Below, in pieces: positions 40,270-52,875 of a DNA stretch of 64,000 bases. The translations under genes and the position numbers were made by a program. The notes beneath the pieces are model-generated. The model was not told where the DNA came from. It saw nothing but the letters and a program-made list of their open reading frames with translations, and searched no databases. The stretch is from Spirochaetia bacterium. GTDB taxonomy: Bacteria > Spirochaetota > Spirochaetia > SZUA-6 > Bin103. The stretch lies in the NCBI GenBank assembly GCA_965203515.1, contig OZ241907.1, forward strand, positions 1,056,001 to 1,120,000, read 5' to 3'. Each line of letters begins with the position of its first letter. Within the stretch, counting starts at the first letter, position 1.

Positions 40270-40898
40270 GGGCATTCGGCCGCCTGGCGGCCGCCGGTCT
40301 GGCCGCGGTCGCGCTGACCGCCTGCGTCGACCTGGAGATGCGCTTCGTCATGCGGCGCGACGGCGCCGGCCGCGTGGAGCTGCGGTACCTCCTGCCGGCG
40401 GACGCGCTTACCCTGCTCGACCCCGTGAACGGCGCGCCGTCCCTGCCGCTGCCGCTCACCCGCGCCGACTTCGAAGCGGCGCTCGCCGGCGCCGAGGGGG
40501 CGCGCCTGCGCCGGTTCCGGCGGACCGATGACGACGGCGAGGTGCGAGTCAGCGCCTCGATCGCCTTCGACAGCGTCGAAGCCCTGCGGACCGTCACCGG
40601 CTTCGACGGCCTGCCGGTCTCGATCACGGCCGCCGGCGACGGCGTGGTCGAGCTGGCGCAGCGCGTGATCCCCGCGCGCGCCGCCGCAGACGCCCCGGAC
40701 CCGACCGTGGTCGAGCTGGCGCAGGCGCTGGCCGGCGAATCGCGGGTGACCTTCGTGGTCGTCGCGCCGACCTCCATCGAGTCCGCCGCCGGGGCGACGA
40801 TCGACGACGACGGACGCACGGCGCGCTTCTCGCGGTCGCTGGCCGATTACCTCACCGACCCCGGGCCGGTCGATCTGATCGTGCGGTGGCGGGGTTGA
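40266..40898 (+). CDS. Hypothetical lipoprotein
   Basis: GTG overlapping the upstream stop; LTAC lipobox; host-like codon usage. Confidence 0.7.
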   Translation: MRAFGRLAAAGLAAVALTACVDLEMRFVMRRDGAGRVELRYLLPADALTLLDPVNGAPSLPLPLTRADFEAALAGAEGARLRRFRRTDDDGEVRVSASIAFDSVEALRTVTGFDGLPVSITAAGDGVVELAQRVIPARAAADAPDPTVVELAQALAGESRVTFVVVAPTSIESAAGATIDDDGRTARFSRSLADYLTDPGPVDLIVRWRG

Positions 40899-40923
40899 CG
40901 CGCGCGGCGAAAGTGCCGATAGT
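40895..40923 (+). promoter_or_regulatory. Candidate promoter of the V-ATPase operon
   Basis: TTGACG-17 nt-GATAGT. Confidence 0.4.
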
Positions 40924-40985
40924 AACGGTACCAGCCGCCTGATTCCCCCCTTTAGGCCAATACCCATTTGGAGCTCGGTACGACG

Positions 40986-41291
40986 ATGGACGTTCTCAAA
41001 GACGTGAAGAAGGCGGAGGAAGACGCCGAGCGCATCGAGCAGGATTACCGCATCAAAGCCTCCGAGCTGCTTGCCTCCGTGACCGCCAGAATCGACGAAC
41101 GCCGCCGGGAGTTGACCACCGAGCTCGACGCCGAGCTCGACCGGCGCACGGCCGAGCTCGATCGTGAGTTCCAGTCGGAACGGGACGCGATCGTGGCCTC
41201 CGGGCGCACGCAGCGCGAAGCGGCGGAAGCGGCGGCCCGCACTCACCGCGACGCGGCGCTGCAACTGATCCTGAATCGATTGCAGCGGTAG
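40986..41291 (+). CDS. V/A-type ATPase subunit G/H (peripheral stalk)
   Basis: Charged coiled coil (VLKDVKKAEEDA); first gene of the operon. Confidence 0.75.
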   Translation: MDVLKDVKKAEEDAERIEQDYRIKASELLASVTARIDERRRELTTELDAELDRRTAELDREFQSERDAIVASGRTQREAAEAAARTHRDAALQLILNRLQR

Positions 41292-41298
41292 TCGACGC

Positions 41299-43326
41299 GT
41301 GGCGATCGCAGACCTCTCCAAGGTAGAGGTCGTCCTGCCCCGGGACGACCTGGACAGCGCCCTGTCCGGCCTGGAGCGCTCCGGGCTGGTGCACGTCGAC
41401 GACGTCCACGACCGCCTGGACGAAGACCTCGCCGCGCAGGAAGCGGAGCCGCCGGCGGCGTCCGCCGCCGGCCGGCAGGCCGATACCGACTTCCTGCTGC
41501 AGCTCTTCCAGCGCTTCGCTCCGATCAAGAAGGGGCTGCTGGAGGAGTTCTTCGGCTCCCCGCCGCCCCGCACGCGCGACCAGCTCTCCAGCCTCGTCGA
41601 CAGCGTCGACGTCGCCGAGCTGCGCGGCCGGCTCGGCGGCGAGCTGACCCGCTTCGAGCAGCTGCTCTCGGAACGGGCGCTCCTGCGGCAGCGCCGGGCC
41701 AATCTCGAACCCTGGCGGACGCTCGACGTCAACTTGGCCGACCTGACTGCCGGCCGCCACACCACGCTGCTGCCGGTCAGGATGCCCGGCGTCGACGACG
41801 CCCTGGCCGCGGCCGCCGGCGCCGGCGAGCTCGGCTCGTCGGCGGCCTGGGTGCCGGTCTCGACCGGCAAGCGCGCCAGCTACGGGGTGCTGGCGGTCGT
41901 GAACGAACAGGCGGCCGACGCCCAGGACGGCCTGCGCCGGCTGCGCGGCGAGGTCGTCGACCTGCCGGGCGGCGCCCTGACGCCCGGCGCCGCGCTCGCC
42001 GCTGCCGACGGCCGCCTGGCGGAGATCGACGAACGGATCACCGAGCTGGAGCAGCGGTTCGCCAACGCGGCCGAGCGCTACCGCGGCGCCGTCCAGGCGC
42101 ACGCCGACGCGGCCTCCGGCAAGCGGGCGGAACAGGAGGCGCGCCGCCGTCTCTACTACTCGAAGCGCGCCGCGGTCCTGATCGGCTGGGTGCGCAGCGA
42201 GCACGTCGATCCGCTGCGCATCGTACTGGCGCAGACCTGTCCGCGCGCGCGGGCGCGATTTTCGGCGCCGGCCGCTGCCGACGATCCGCCGGTCGATCTG
42301 AGCAACCGCACGCTGGTCCGGCCGTTCGAGTTCCTGATCCGCATGTTCGGCATGCCCCGGTACTTCGAGATCGATCCCACGCCGTTCGTGGCGGTCGCCA
42401 TGACGCTGTTCTACGCCCTGGCGCTCGGCGACGCCGGCTACGGGCTGCTGCAGGTGCTGCTCGCCCTGTGGCTGATGCGCCGGTACCAGTCGGCGGGAGA
42501 GACCCGCCTGTTCCTGCGCATGTTCGTGATCACCGGGGTCGCGGCGATGGTGGTCGGCGCGCTCACCTGGAGCTTCTTCGGCGCCAGCCCCGGCTTCGAC
42601 CCTGGCCGGCCCGAAACCAGGATTCTGGGATTCCTGCCGCTCATCACGCCGACGCAGGACATCGTGCCGTTGATGGCCTTCTCCATCGGCGTCGGCGTGG
42701 TCTTCCAGCTCGCCTCGATCGTCGCCGGGCTGATCACCTTCTGGAGATCGGGCCGGCAGCGGGACGCCGTGTTGCAGCAGGGATCGTGGCTGGCGCTGCT
42801 GGTGACGCTGCTCCTCTGGATCGCCGTGCGCGCCGCCGGCTCGGCGGCCCTGGAGACGCCGTCCACGGCGCTGGTGGCGGCGTCCGCGGCGGCGGTGGTG
42901 CTGTTCGGCATCCGGGAGGGAGGCCGCATCGGCCGCGTCCTGGCCGGCATCGTCTCCCTGTACGGCATCGTCGGCTACTACGGGCTGATCGGCTTCTTCT
43001 CCGACGTGCTCTCCTACATGCGCCTCGGCATCCTCAGCCTCACTTCGGCGTTCATCGGCCAGGTCGGCAACCTGATGGGCGGCCTGTTCTTCGGCGGCGG
43101 GAGCGGCGCCGCGGTGGTGATGGGCGCCATCGTCGGCGGCCTCATCGTGGTCCTGTTTCATGCGTTGAACCTGGTCCTCAGCATGCTGGGGGCCTTCGTA
43201 CACTCGCTGCGGTTGAACTACCTGGAGTCGTTCCAGCGGTACTTCGATCCGAAGGGGCGCGCGTTCAACCCGCTGCGCGGCGAGACCCGACACTATCGAA
43301 TCATCGACACCGTCTTGACGCGGTGA
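41299..43326 (+). CDS. ntpI: V/A-type ATPase subunit I
   Basis: PRYFEIDPT, GDAGYG, SDVLSYMRL, HSLRLNYLESF. Confidence 0.93.
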   Translation: MAIADLSKVEVVLPRDDLDSALSGLERSGLVHVDDVHDRLDEDLAAQEAEPPAASAAGRQADTDFLLQLFQRFAPIKKGLLEEFFGSPPPRTRDQLSSLVDSVDVAELRGRLGGELTRFEQLLSERALLRQRRANLEPWRTLDVNLADLTAGRHTTLLPVRMPGVDDALAAAAGAGELGSSAAWVPVSTGKRASYGVLAVVNEQAADAQDGLRRLRGEVVDLPGGALTPGAALAAADGRLAEIDERITELEQRFANAAERYRGAVQAHADAASGKRAEQEARRRLYYSKRAAVLIGWVRSEHVDPLRIVLAQTCPRARARFSAPAAADDPPVDLSNRTLVRPFEFLIRMFGMPRYFEIDPTPFVAVAMTLFYALALGDAGYGLLQVLLALWLMRRYQSAGETRLFLRMFVITGVAAMVVGALTWSFFGASPGFDPGRPETRILGFLPLITPTQDIVPLMAFSIGVGVVFQLASIVAGLITFWRSGRQRDAVLQQGSWLALLVTLLLWIAVRAAGSAALETPSTALVAASAAAVVLFGIREGGRIGRVLAGIVSLYGIVGYYGLIGFFSDVLSYMRLGILSLTSAFIGQVGNLMGGLFFGGGSGAAVVMGAIVGGLIVVLFHALNLVLSMLGAFVHSLRLNYLESFQRYFDPKGRAFNPLRGETRHYRIIDTVLTR

Positions 43327-43342
43327 CCCAAAGGAGGCATGG

Positions 43343-43837
43343 ATGGAGATCTCTCTCGGCTTTGCGATCGCCCTGCTCGGCGGGGCCATGACCGCCGGTC
43401 TGGCGGCGTACGGATCGTCGGTCGGCGTCGGCCGGGCCGGCGAGATGGCCGGCGGCGTCATCTCCGAGGATCCCGACCGCTTCGGCCTGATGCTGATCCT
43501 GCAGGCGCTGCCGGCGACGCAGGCGATCTACGGTCTGGTGGTGGCGATCCTGGTGATGCTCAAGCTGAACGCGCTGGGCGGCAGCGGCGCGTTCCTGCAG
43601 ATCGGACTGCAACCCGGACTGGCGATCTTCGCAGCCTGCGTGCCGGCGATGTTCGGCGAGCTGATCTCGCCGATCTGGCAAGGCAAGGTCGCCGTCGCTT
43701 CGATGGGGGCGGTCGCCAAGAAGCCGGACACCTTCGGGCGGGCGTTGATCCTGCCGATCATGGTCGAGACCTTCGGCCTGTTCGCGCTGATCGCCAGCCT
43801 GATCATCCTGCAGGTCGTCATCCCCGATCTGGGCTGA
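43343..43837 (+). CDS. ntpK: V/A-type ATPase subunit K (four-helix proteolipid)
   Basis: GSSVGVG, LPATQAIYG, IWQG, MVET. Confidence 0.94.
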   Translation: MEISLGFAIALLGGAMTAGLAAYGSSVGVGRAGEMAGGVISEDPDRFGLMLILQALPATQAIYGLVVAILVMLKLNALGGSGAFLQIGLQPGLAIFAACVPAMFGELISPIWQGKVAVASMGAVAKKPDTFGRALILPIMVETFGLFALIASLIILQVVIPDLG

Positions 43838-43838
43838 G

Positions 43839-44456
43839 ATGGCAGGCGACAATCTCGTCGAGCAGATCCTGGCCACCGCGCGCGCGCGCGGCGAGCAGGC
43901 GCTGCAGGCGGCGCAGGCGGACTACGACGAACGCTGTCGGACGGGGTTGGCCGAGCTTTCGCGCGCCATCGACGACCGGCGCGAGCGCGAGCACCGGCAG
44001 GCCGAAGACCGGCTGCGGCAACGGTTGTCCGGGGCGCGCCTGGAGCAGAACAAGCAGCTGGTATCGTTGCGGCGGCGCCTGATCGACGATCTGTACCGCG
44101 CGGCGTGGGAGCAGGTCAGCAGCGGGGACGCCTACCGCGCCTACCTGGAAGGGGAGCTGCGCCGGCATGCCAGACCCGGCGACCGGATCGTCGTGTCGCA
44201 GCGCGAAGCGGACCGCTTCGCCGGCGAGTTGAGCGGCCTGCTGGCCCGGCACGGCGCCACGCTGGCCGAGGAGCAGGGCCGGTTCCGCGCCGGATTCATC
44301 ATCGAGCGCACCGGGGGCGGTGCGGAGACCGGGGACGGAGGCGGGCAGACGCGCCTCAACTGCACGCTTGATCAGGCATTCGCGCAGCTGCAGGAAGAGA
44401 CCGAGATCGAGGCGGCGCAGGTCCTGTTCGGGGCAGCTCCCGCCGGGAGCGCCTGA
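43839..44456 (+). CDS. ntpE: V/A-type ATPase subunit E
   Basis: Operon position, coiled-coil N-terminus, AGFII..NCTLD. Confidence 0.82.
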   Translation: MAGDNLVEQILATARARGEQALQAAQADYDERCRTGLAELSRAIDDRREREHRQAEDRLRQRLSGARLEQNKQLVSLRRRLIDDLYRAAWEQVSSGDAYRAYLEGELRRHARPGDRIVVSQREADRFAGELSGLLARHGATLAEEQGRFRAGFIIERTGGGAETGDGGGQTRLNCTLDQAFAQLQEETEIEAAQVLFGAAPAGSA

Positions 44457-44463
44457 GCGGCCG

Positions 44464-45456
44464 ATGGCGCGGACCGAGCGCGACTTCAACTTCCTGACCG
44501 GGCTCCTGAAGTGCCGGGAGCGCGAGTTGGGTGACGAGGCGCTGGCGAGGGAGCTGGTCTCCGCGCGCAGCATGGACGAGGTGATCGCCGCCCTGCCGCC
44601 CTGCCGCTTCGCCCGGGTGGTGGCGGCCGACCCGACCGACGGCGGCATCGAACGGGCCGCCGCCGAAGAGCTGGCCGAGCTCTGGAAGATCGTGGCCGAC
44701 CTCGCCCCGGTGCCGGAGCTGGCCGAGCTGGTCGCGGCGCCGCTCGACATCCACAACCTCAAGACCGCCGTACTGGGCCACCTGCGCGGCGAGCCGGCGG
44801 CCGACCTGTACCAGCCCACGGCGCTGGTCGCCGCCGACGTCCTGGCGGAGGTGGGCGAATTGTCCACGGCGCGGGTGCCGCTCCACTACCTGCCGTCGAT
44901 CCGCATCGGCCTTGCCGCCTACTACGAATCGGGGCGCTCGCCGCAGGCGCTGGAGCTGGCGATGGATCGCGCCCGCAGCCTGCTGCTGGTCGACATCGCC
45001 GCGCGGCGGTCGCCGGTTCTGGCGGCGGTCCTGGCCGACTGGAGCGACCTTGCCGCGGCCGAGACGATCATGCGCGGCAAGGACGCCGGGCTGCCGTGGC
45101 AGGTCGTCCGCTGGGGGTCGCACGGCATGCCGGAGCAGGCGCGGTTGCAGGCGCTGTTTGCCAGCCCGACCGGCGAATGGGCGCAGACGCGGATCTTCGC
45201 GCGCCCGCTGCTGACCGCCGCCGTGCAGGCGCTCGGCCGCGGCGAAGCGACGCGGGACGTGATCCTGCGGCTGCAGACCGGGCTGACCGCGCGATTCGGC
45301 GCCTCCCGGTATGCGCCGCCGTCGATCGAGTATGTATATTATTTCATACGGAGAAAGATCACGGATCTCGCCACCTTTCGCATCGCCTGTCTCGGTTCGC
45401 TGCGCGAGCTCTCCGCCGACGCGCAGGCGGCCCGGCTCAACCTGGGGTTCGGCTGA
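44464..45456 (+). CDS. ntpC: V/A-type ATPase subunit C/d
   Basis: Operon position, DIHNLK motif, expected length. Confidence 0.8.
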   Translation: MARTERDFNFLTGLLKCRERELGDEALARELVSARSMDEVIAALPPCRFARVVAADPTDGGIERAAAEELAELWKIVADLAPVPELAELVAAPLDIHNLKTAVLGHLRGEPAADLYQPTALVAADVLAEVGELSTARVPLHYLPSIRIGLAAYYESGRSPQALELAMDRARSLLLVDIAARRSPVLAAVLADWSDLAAAETIMRGKDAGLPWQVVRWGSHGMPEQARLQALFASPTGEWAQTRIFARPLLTAAVQALGRGEATRDVILRLQTGLTARFGASRYAPPSIEYVYYFIRRKITDLATFRIACLGSLRELSADAQAARLNLGFG

Positions 45457-45458
45457 TC

Positions 45459-45821
45459 GTGGCGCGCGGCACGGGGGCGACGCACCCGGGGGCGACCTAC
45501 AAGATCGCCATGATCGGCGATTCCGCTACGGTGGCCGGCTTCGCGGCCGGCGGGGTGCAGGGCTTCGCCCAGGATACCGATGATGCGGCGCGGACGCTGT
45601 CCGTGCTGACCGAGCTGGCGAACAGCGGCGAGTACGCGATCATCTTCATCACCGAACCGTTGGCCGAGCCGCTGTTCGACGCGATCGAACGGCTCTCGAC
45701 CGGGGCGGTGCCGGCGATCATCATCGTCCCCGATCAGTCGGGGACCCGCGGCATCGGCTACGAGCGCATCCGCCATGCCGTCGAACGGGCGATCGGCATC
45801 GATCTGCTCGGCGCGAGCTGA
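45459..45821 (+). CDS. ntpF: V/A-type ATPase subunit F
   Basis: KIAMIGD..VAGFAAGG, YAIIFITE, ERAIGIDL. Confidence 0.9.
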   Translation: MARGTGATHPGATYKIAMIGDSATVAGFAAGGVQGFAQDTDDAARTLSVLTELANSGEYAIIFITEPLAEPLFDAIERLSTGAVPAIIIVPDQSGTRGIGYERIRHAVERAIGIDLLGAS

Positions 45822-45843
45822 CGCGAAAGGAGAGGACGCAGGA

Positions 45844-49052
<3,209 letters not shown>

Positions 49053-49079
49053 GCGCCGGCGGAGCGCGGGGAGCGGTCG

Positions 49080-49697
49080 ATGGCGATCGCGGTCAGTCCG
49101 AACCGGATGGAGCTGCTGCGCCTGAAGAAGAAGCAGGTGGTGGCCGAGCGCGGACACAAGCTGCTCAAGGACAAGCTGGAGGGGCTGCTGCAGGACTTCA
49201 CGGAGATCGTGCGCCGCTACCAGACCCTGCGCCGGGAGATCGACGCGGAGATCAACGCGTTGTTCAAGCGGTTCATCATGGCGTCGGCGTCGATGCCGGC
49301 TCCGCTGTATCGGGCGGCGCTGGCGTTCCCGGAGTGCCAGGCGCGGCTGTCGATGCGGGAGCGCATGATCATGAACGTGCGCGTCCCGGTGTTCGACTTT
49401 TCGATCGACGGCAACATGATCTCCTACGGGATCGACGACACCACCAGCGACCTCGACGACGCCATGGGAGCGCTGCGCGAGACGCTTCAGCGCATGGTCG
49501 AACTGGCGGAGATCGAGAAGACGATCGAGTTGGTGGCCGACGAGATCGAGCGGACGCGGCGCCGCGTGAACGCGCTGGAGTACGTGCTGATCCCGCAGCA
49601 GGCGGACACCATCAAGTACATCAGCGCCAAGCTGCAGGAGCTGGAGCGCGGCAACATCAGCCGGCTCATGAAGATCAAGGACCTGGTCGCGATGTAG
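49080..49697 (+). CDS. ntpD: V/A-type ATPase subunit D
   Basis: PNRMEL, RGHKLLKDK, TRRRVNALE. Confidence 0.95.
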   Translation: MAIAVSPNRMELLRLKKKQVVAERGHKLLKDKLEGLLQDFTEIVRRYQTLRREIDAEINALFKRFIMASASMPAPLYRAALAFPECQARLSMRERMIMNVRVPVFDFSIDGNMISYGIDDTTSDLDDAMGALRETLQRMVELAEIEKTIELVADEIERTRRRVNALEYVLIPQQADTIKYISAKLQELERGNISRLMKIKDLVAM

Positions 49698-49715
49698 CGC
49701 CGCCGGCGCGGGCGG

Positions 49716-50807
49716 TCAGTCGCTGCGCAGGGTTCGTTCCCGCTCGTAGCGTTCAATTCCCAGGCGCAGCAGGCGTTCGATCAGCTCGTCGTAGGGAATT
49801 CCCGACGCCTCCCATAATTTTGGATACATGCTGATGCGCGTGAAGCCGGGTATGGTGTTGGTCTCGTTGACCAGCAGGGCGCCGTCGGCCTGGAGGAAGA
49901 AGTCGACCCGCGCCATGCCGTCGCAGCAGAGGGCGCGGTAGGCGGCCAGCGACAGCTCCCGCACGCGCGCCGCGACCGGCGGCTCCAGGTCGGCCGGTAT
50001 CACCAGCTCCGCGCCGTCTGCGTCGAGGTACTTCGCCTGGTAGCTGTAGAACTCGTGGTGCGGGATCACCTCGCCCGGGACCGACGCGATCGGCTCGTCG
50101 TTGCCGAGCACCGCGCACTCGATCTCCCGGCCGGCGATGGCGCGCTCGATGACGATCTTGGTGTCGTAGGCGAACGCCTCTTCGACCGCTTCCGCGAAGG
50201 GGCCGGCAGCCGCCGGCTTGCGGATGCCGACCGAGGAGCCGAGGTTGGCCGGCTTCACGAACACCGGCGAGCCGAGTTGCGCGGCGATCGCGTCCCACGC
50301 CGGCCGCGGATCGGCCGCGCGCACGACGCGGAAGTCGGCCACCGGGATGCCGGCGGCGCGCAGCAGCCGCTTCATCACGTCCTTGTCGAGGCCGACGGCG
50401 GCGGCCAGCACGCCGGGCCCCGCGAACGGGATGCCGGCGGTCTTCAGCAACCCCTGCACCGATCCGTCCTCGCCGTACGGGCCGTGCAGCACCGGGAACA
50501 CCACGTCCAGCATCTGCAGCGCGTCGGGCGTGGAGACGCTCGGCCGCTCGGGCAGATCGAACGGCTGGGCATTCGGCCCCGGGGCGAGGGGGGCGCCGCT
50601 GCCCGGTGCGGCGGCGCGCTCGTCCGCCAGCAGGGTGCGCGCCAGGAAGGCGTCGGGGTCCTCGCGCCGCCAGGAGCCGTGCCGGTCGATGCGCAGGACC
50701 ACCACCTCGTGCGCCGACCGGTCGATCGCGTTCAGGACGTTGAACGCGGACTGGCGGGAGACGTCGTGTTCTGCGGAGCGGCCGCCGTAGATGATGCCGA
50801 TGCGGAT
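49716..50807 (-). CDS. ddl: D-alanine-D-alanine ligase
   Basis: GGRSAEHDVS, LHGPYGEDG, KPANLGSS, FYSYQAKY, NTIPGFT; conserved N-terminus lies upstream of the first canonical start (50705), probable ATC start at 50807. Confidence 0.93.
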   Translation of the reverse strand: MRIGIIYGGRSAEHDVSRQSAFNVLNAIDRSAHEVVVLRIDRHGSWRREDPDAFLARTLLADERAAAPGSGAPLAPGPNAQPFDLPERPSVSTPDALQMLDVVFPVLHGPYGEDGSVQGLLKTAGIPFAGPGVLAAAVGLDKDVMKRLLRAAGIPVADFRVVRAADPRPAWDAIAAQLGSPVFVKPANLGSSVGIRKPAAAGPFAEAVEEAFAYDTKIVIERAIAGREIECAVLGNDEPIASVPGEVIPHHEFYSYQAKYLDADGAELVIPADLEPPVAARVRELSLAAYRALCCDGMARVDFFLQADGALLVNETNTIPGFTRISMYPKLWEASGIPYDELIERLLRLGIERYERERTLRSD

Positions 50808-50853
50808 GGCGATTCCTACCCCGGGACGGCCCTGCGTGTCATGCGGCGACCTG

Positions 50854-51831
50854 TCATGCGGTGACCTGTGTCACGGTGACTTCGTCGACCAGCGCCTCGA
50901 CCGTCCGGTAGTTGGCGCGCAGCGCCTCCTCGCAGGCCGCCGGATCCCGGGGATCGCGGCCGGGCGGCACGTAGTGGCTGGCGACCGACAGGAAGGCCGG
51001 CACGCCGTGCTCGTGCAGATTGCGCAGCACGGTCCGGTAGTCGGTGTGGCCCTGGCCGATCGGGCAGTAGGTGAAGTCGAGGTCGGGGCCGTGATCGACC
51101 CGCAGGTCCTTCATGTGGAGACCGTGCACGTACGGCCGTACGTTGTAGAAGCCGGCGGTGGCGGTGTCGGATTCGCCGCAGTTGACGTTGTCGGCCGGCC
51201 CCCACATGACGCGGATGCGCGGCGAGTCGAGCCGCTCGGCGATGCGCCGGAAGTTGCCGGTGGTGTTGGTGTAGTTCCAGGGCATCTGCATCAGCACCAG
51301 GTTGACGTCGTAGCGTTCGGCCTGCTCCAGCATCAGCGTGAACGCCTTCTCCAGCTTGTCCATCTCGGAGCGGCTGATGATGCCGCCGCGCGTGGCCCAG
51401 CGCATCGGCCACGTGGGTGATACGCGTCCCTGCGGCCCGCCGGGGGTGTATTCGCCCGGCCAGGCGAAGGTGAAGGTGCATACGTCGCGGAAGCCGAGCC
51501 GAGCGCCGATCTGCATGCCGCGCACCAGCCGCGTGAAGTGCTGCTCGAACTGCGGATGCTCGGCCATCGCGCCGATCTCAAGGTCGGCCAGGTGGACCTC
51601 CTTGAAGACGTTCCCGCCGATCAGCCGCGGCCGCACGCCGTGCGCCGCAAGCCGCTTGCCGAAGCGGTCGGCCTGCGCGTCGGTCAGCTCGCCGATCGAA
51701 CCTTCGTCGCCGAGCGCATGGACCAGGATGTGATCGGCGCCGATCGACCGCACCCGCTCCAGGGCGCGGTCGAAATCGGCGATCTTCAGCTCGCCGACGA
51801 ACACGCCGAGCGTAAATGCGTGGGTACCCAT
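50854..51831 (-). CDS. Sugar phosphate isomerase/epimerase (xylose isomerase-like TIM barrel)
   Basis: HGLHMKD and PIGQG motifs. Confidence 0.75.
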   Translation of the reverse strand: MGTHAFTLGVFVGELKIADFDRALERVRSIGADHILVHALGDEGSIGELTDAQADRFGKRLAAHGVRPRLIGGNVFKEVHLADLEIGAMAEHPQFEQHFTRLVRGMQIGARLGFRDVCTFTFAWPGEYTPGGPQGRVSPTWPMRWATRGGIISRSEMDKLEKAFTLMLEQAERYDVNLVLMQMPWNYTNTTGNFRRIAERLDSPRIRVMWGPADNVNCGESDTATAGFYNVRPYVHGLHMKDLRVDHGPDLDFTYCPIGQGHTDYRTVLRNLHEHGVPAFLSVASHYVPPGRDPRDPAACEEALRANYRTVEALVDEVTVTQVTA

Positions 51832-51890
51832 GGCCGAACATGAAACATCGGCGCGGCGGCGCCGTGCAAGCGGCCGGACGGTCCCGGGCG

Positions 51891-52847
51891 TCAGCCGGCG
51901 GGGCGCTCGTCGGCAGGCAGGCCGAGCTCCCGGCGCAACGCGCCTTCCAGGGTCGGTTCCAGCCAGCGGAAGCCGAGCTCGGTGAGCCGCGCCGGCGCCG
52001 CCGCCTGCCCCTTGAGGATGAGTTGGTCGCCCATCTCCCCGAACAGGATGCGGATGGCGATGGCCGGCACCGGCAGGAACGCCGGTCGGCCGAGCACCGC
52101 GGCGAGCGTTCGGGTGAACTCCCGGTTGGAGGCGGGGCAGGGGCTGACGACGTTGAACGGCCCCCGCGCGCGCGGGGTAGCGATCAGGAAGCGCAGGGCG
52201 CTCACCGCGTCATCCAGGCCGATCCAGCTCAGCCGCTGCTCGCCGGAGCCGACAACGCCGCCGGCTCCCATCCGAAACACCGGCAGCAGTCGGCTGAGCA
52301 GCCCCGCACGCGGGCTGAGCACCGGTCCGAAGCGCGCGCGCGCCACGCGGATGCCGGCCGTTTCGGCCGGCTCCGTCGCCTGTTCCCAGGCGGCCGCCAC
52401 GTCGGCCAGGAAGCCGCTGCCGGCCGGGGCGGTCTCATCCGCGGCGCCGGCCGCCGCGGCGCCGGCCGCCACGCCGTAGATGCCGATCGCGGAGGCCGAG
52501 ACCAGCACCGCCGGCGGTCTGCGCAGCCGGCCGAGCGCGCCGCACAGCAGCTTTGTGGCCGGTCCTCGGCTGGCGGCGATGCGCTGCCGGCGCGCAGCGG
52601 TCCAGCGGCCGGCGCCGATGCTCTCGCCCGCCAGATGGACCACGGCATCGAACCCTTCCAGTCGACCCGCGTCGATGGCGCCGGCGGCCGGGTCCCAGGC
52701 GATCTCATCCGGCCCGGGCGGCCGCCGCACCAGGCGGACGACGTCGTGCCCGCCGCTCGTGAGGGCGGCGGCGAGCGCGCCGCCGATCAGCCCGGACGCG
52801 CCGGTGATCAGCACGCGCGGCGGCGGCGGCGGACCGCGGTCGGACAT
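51891..52847 (-). CDS. TIGR01777 family NAD-dependent epimerase/oxidoreductase
   Basis: TGASGLIG, HLAGESI..RWT, SASAIGIYG, GSGEQRLSWI. Confidence 0.9.
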   Translation of the reverse strand: MSDRGPPPPPRVLITGASGLIGGALAAALTSGGHDVVRLVRRPPGPDEIAWDPAAGAIDAGRLEGFDAVVHLAGESIGAGRWTAARRQRIAASRGPATKLLCGALGRLRRPPAVLVSASAIGIYGVAAGAAAAGAADETAPAGSGFLADVAAAWEQATEPAETAGIRVARARFGPVLSPRAGLLSRLLPVFRMGAGGVVGSGEQRLSWIGLDDAVSALRFLIATPRARGPFNVVSPCPASNREFTRTLAAVLGRPAFLPVPAIAIRILFGEMGDQLILKGQAAAPARLTELGFRWLEPTLEGALRRELGLPADERPAG

Positions 52848-52854
52848 GACGGCG

Positions 52855-52868
52855 TCATGGTACCATGA
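52855..52868. promoter_or_regulatory. Palindromic double -10 element between divergent genes
   Basis: TCATGGTACCATGA gives TACCAT on both strands, each 9 nt from a start codon (52847 and 52876). Confidence 0.5.
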
Positions 52869-52875
52869 TGCCGGC

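Noticed and set aside
52480..52875. N-terminal extension of the DUF1156 ORF (1114 aa)
   Set aside because: It overlaps the divergent TIGR01777 gene; family motifs begin only after GTG 52876.
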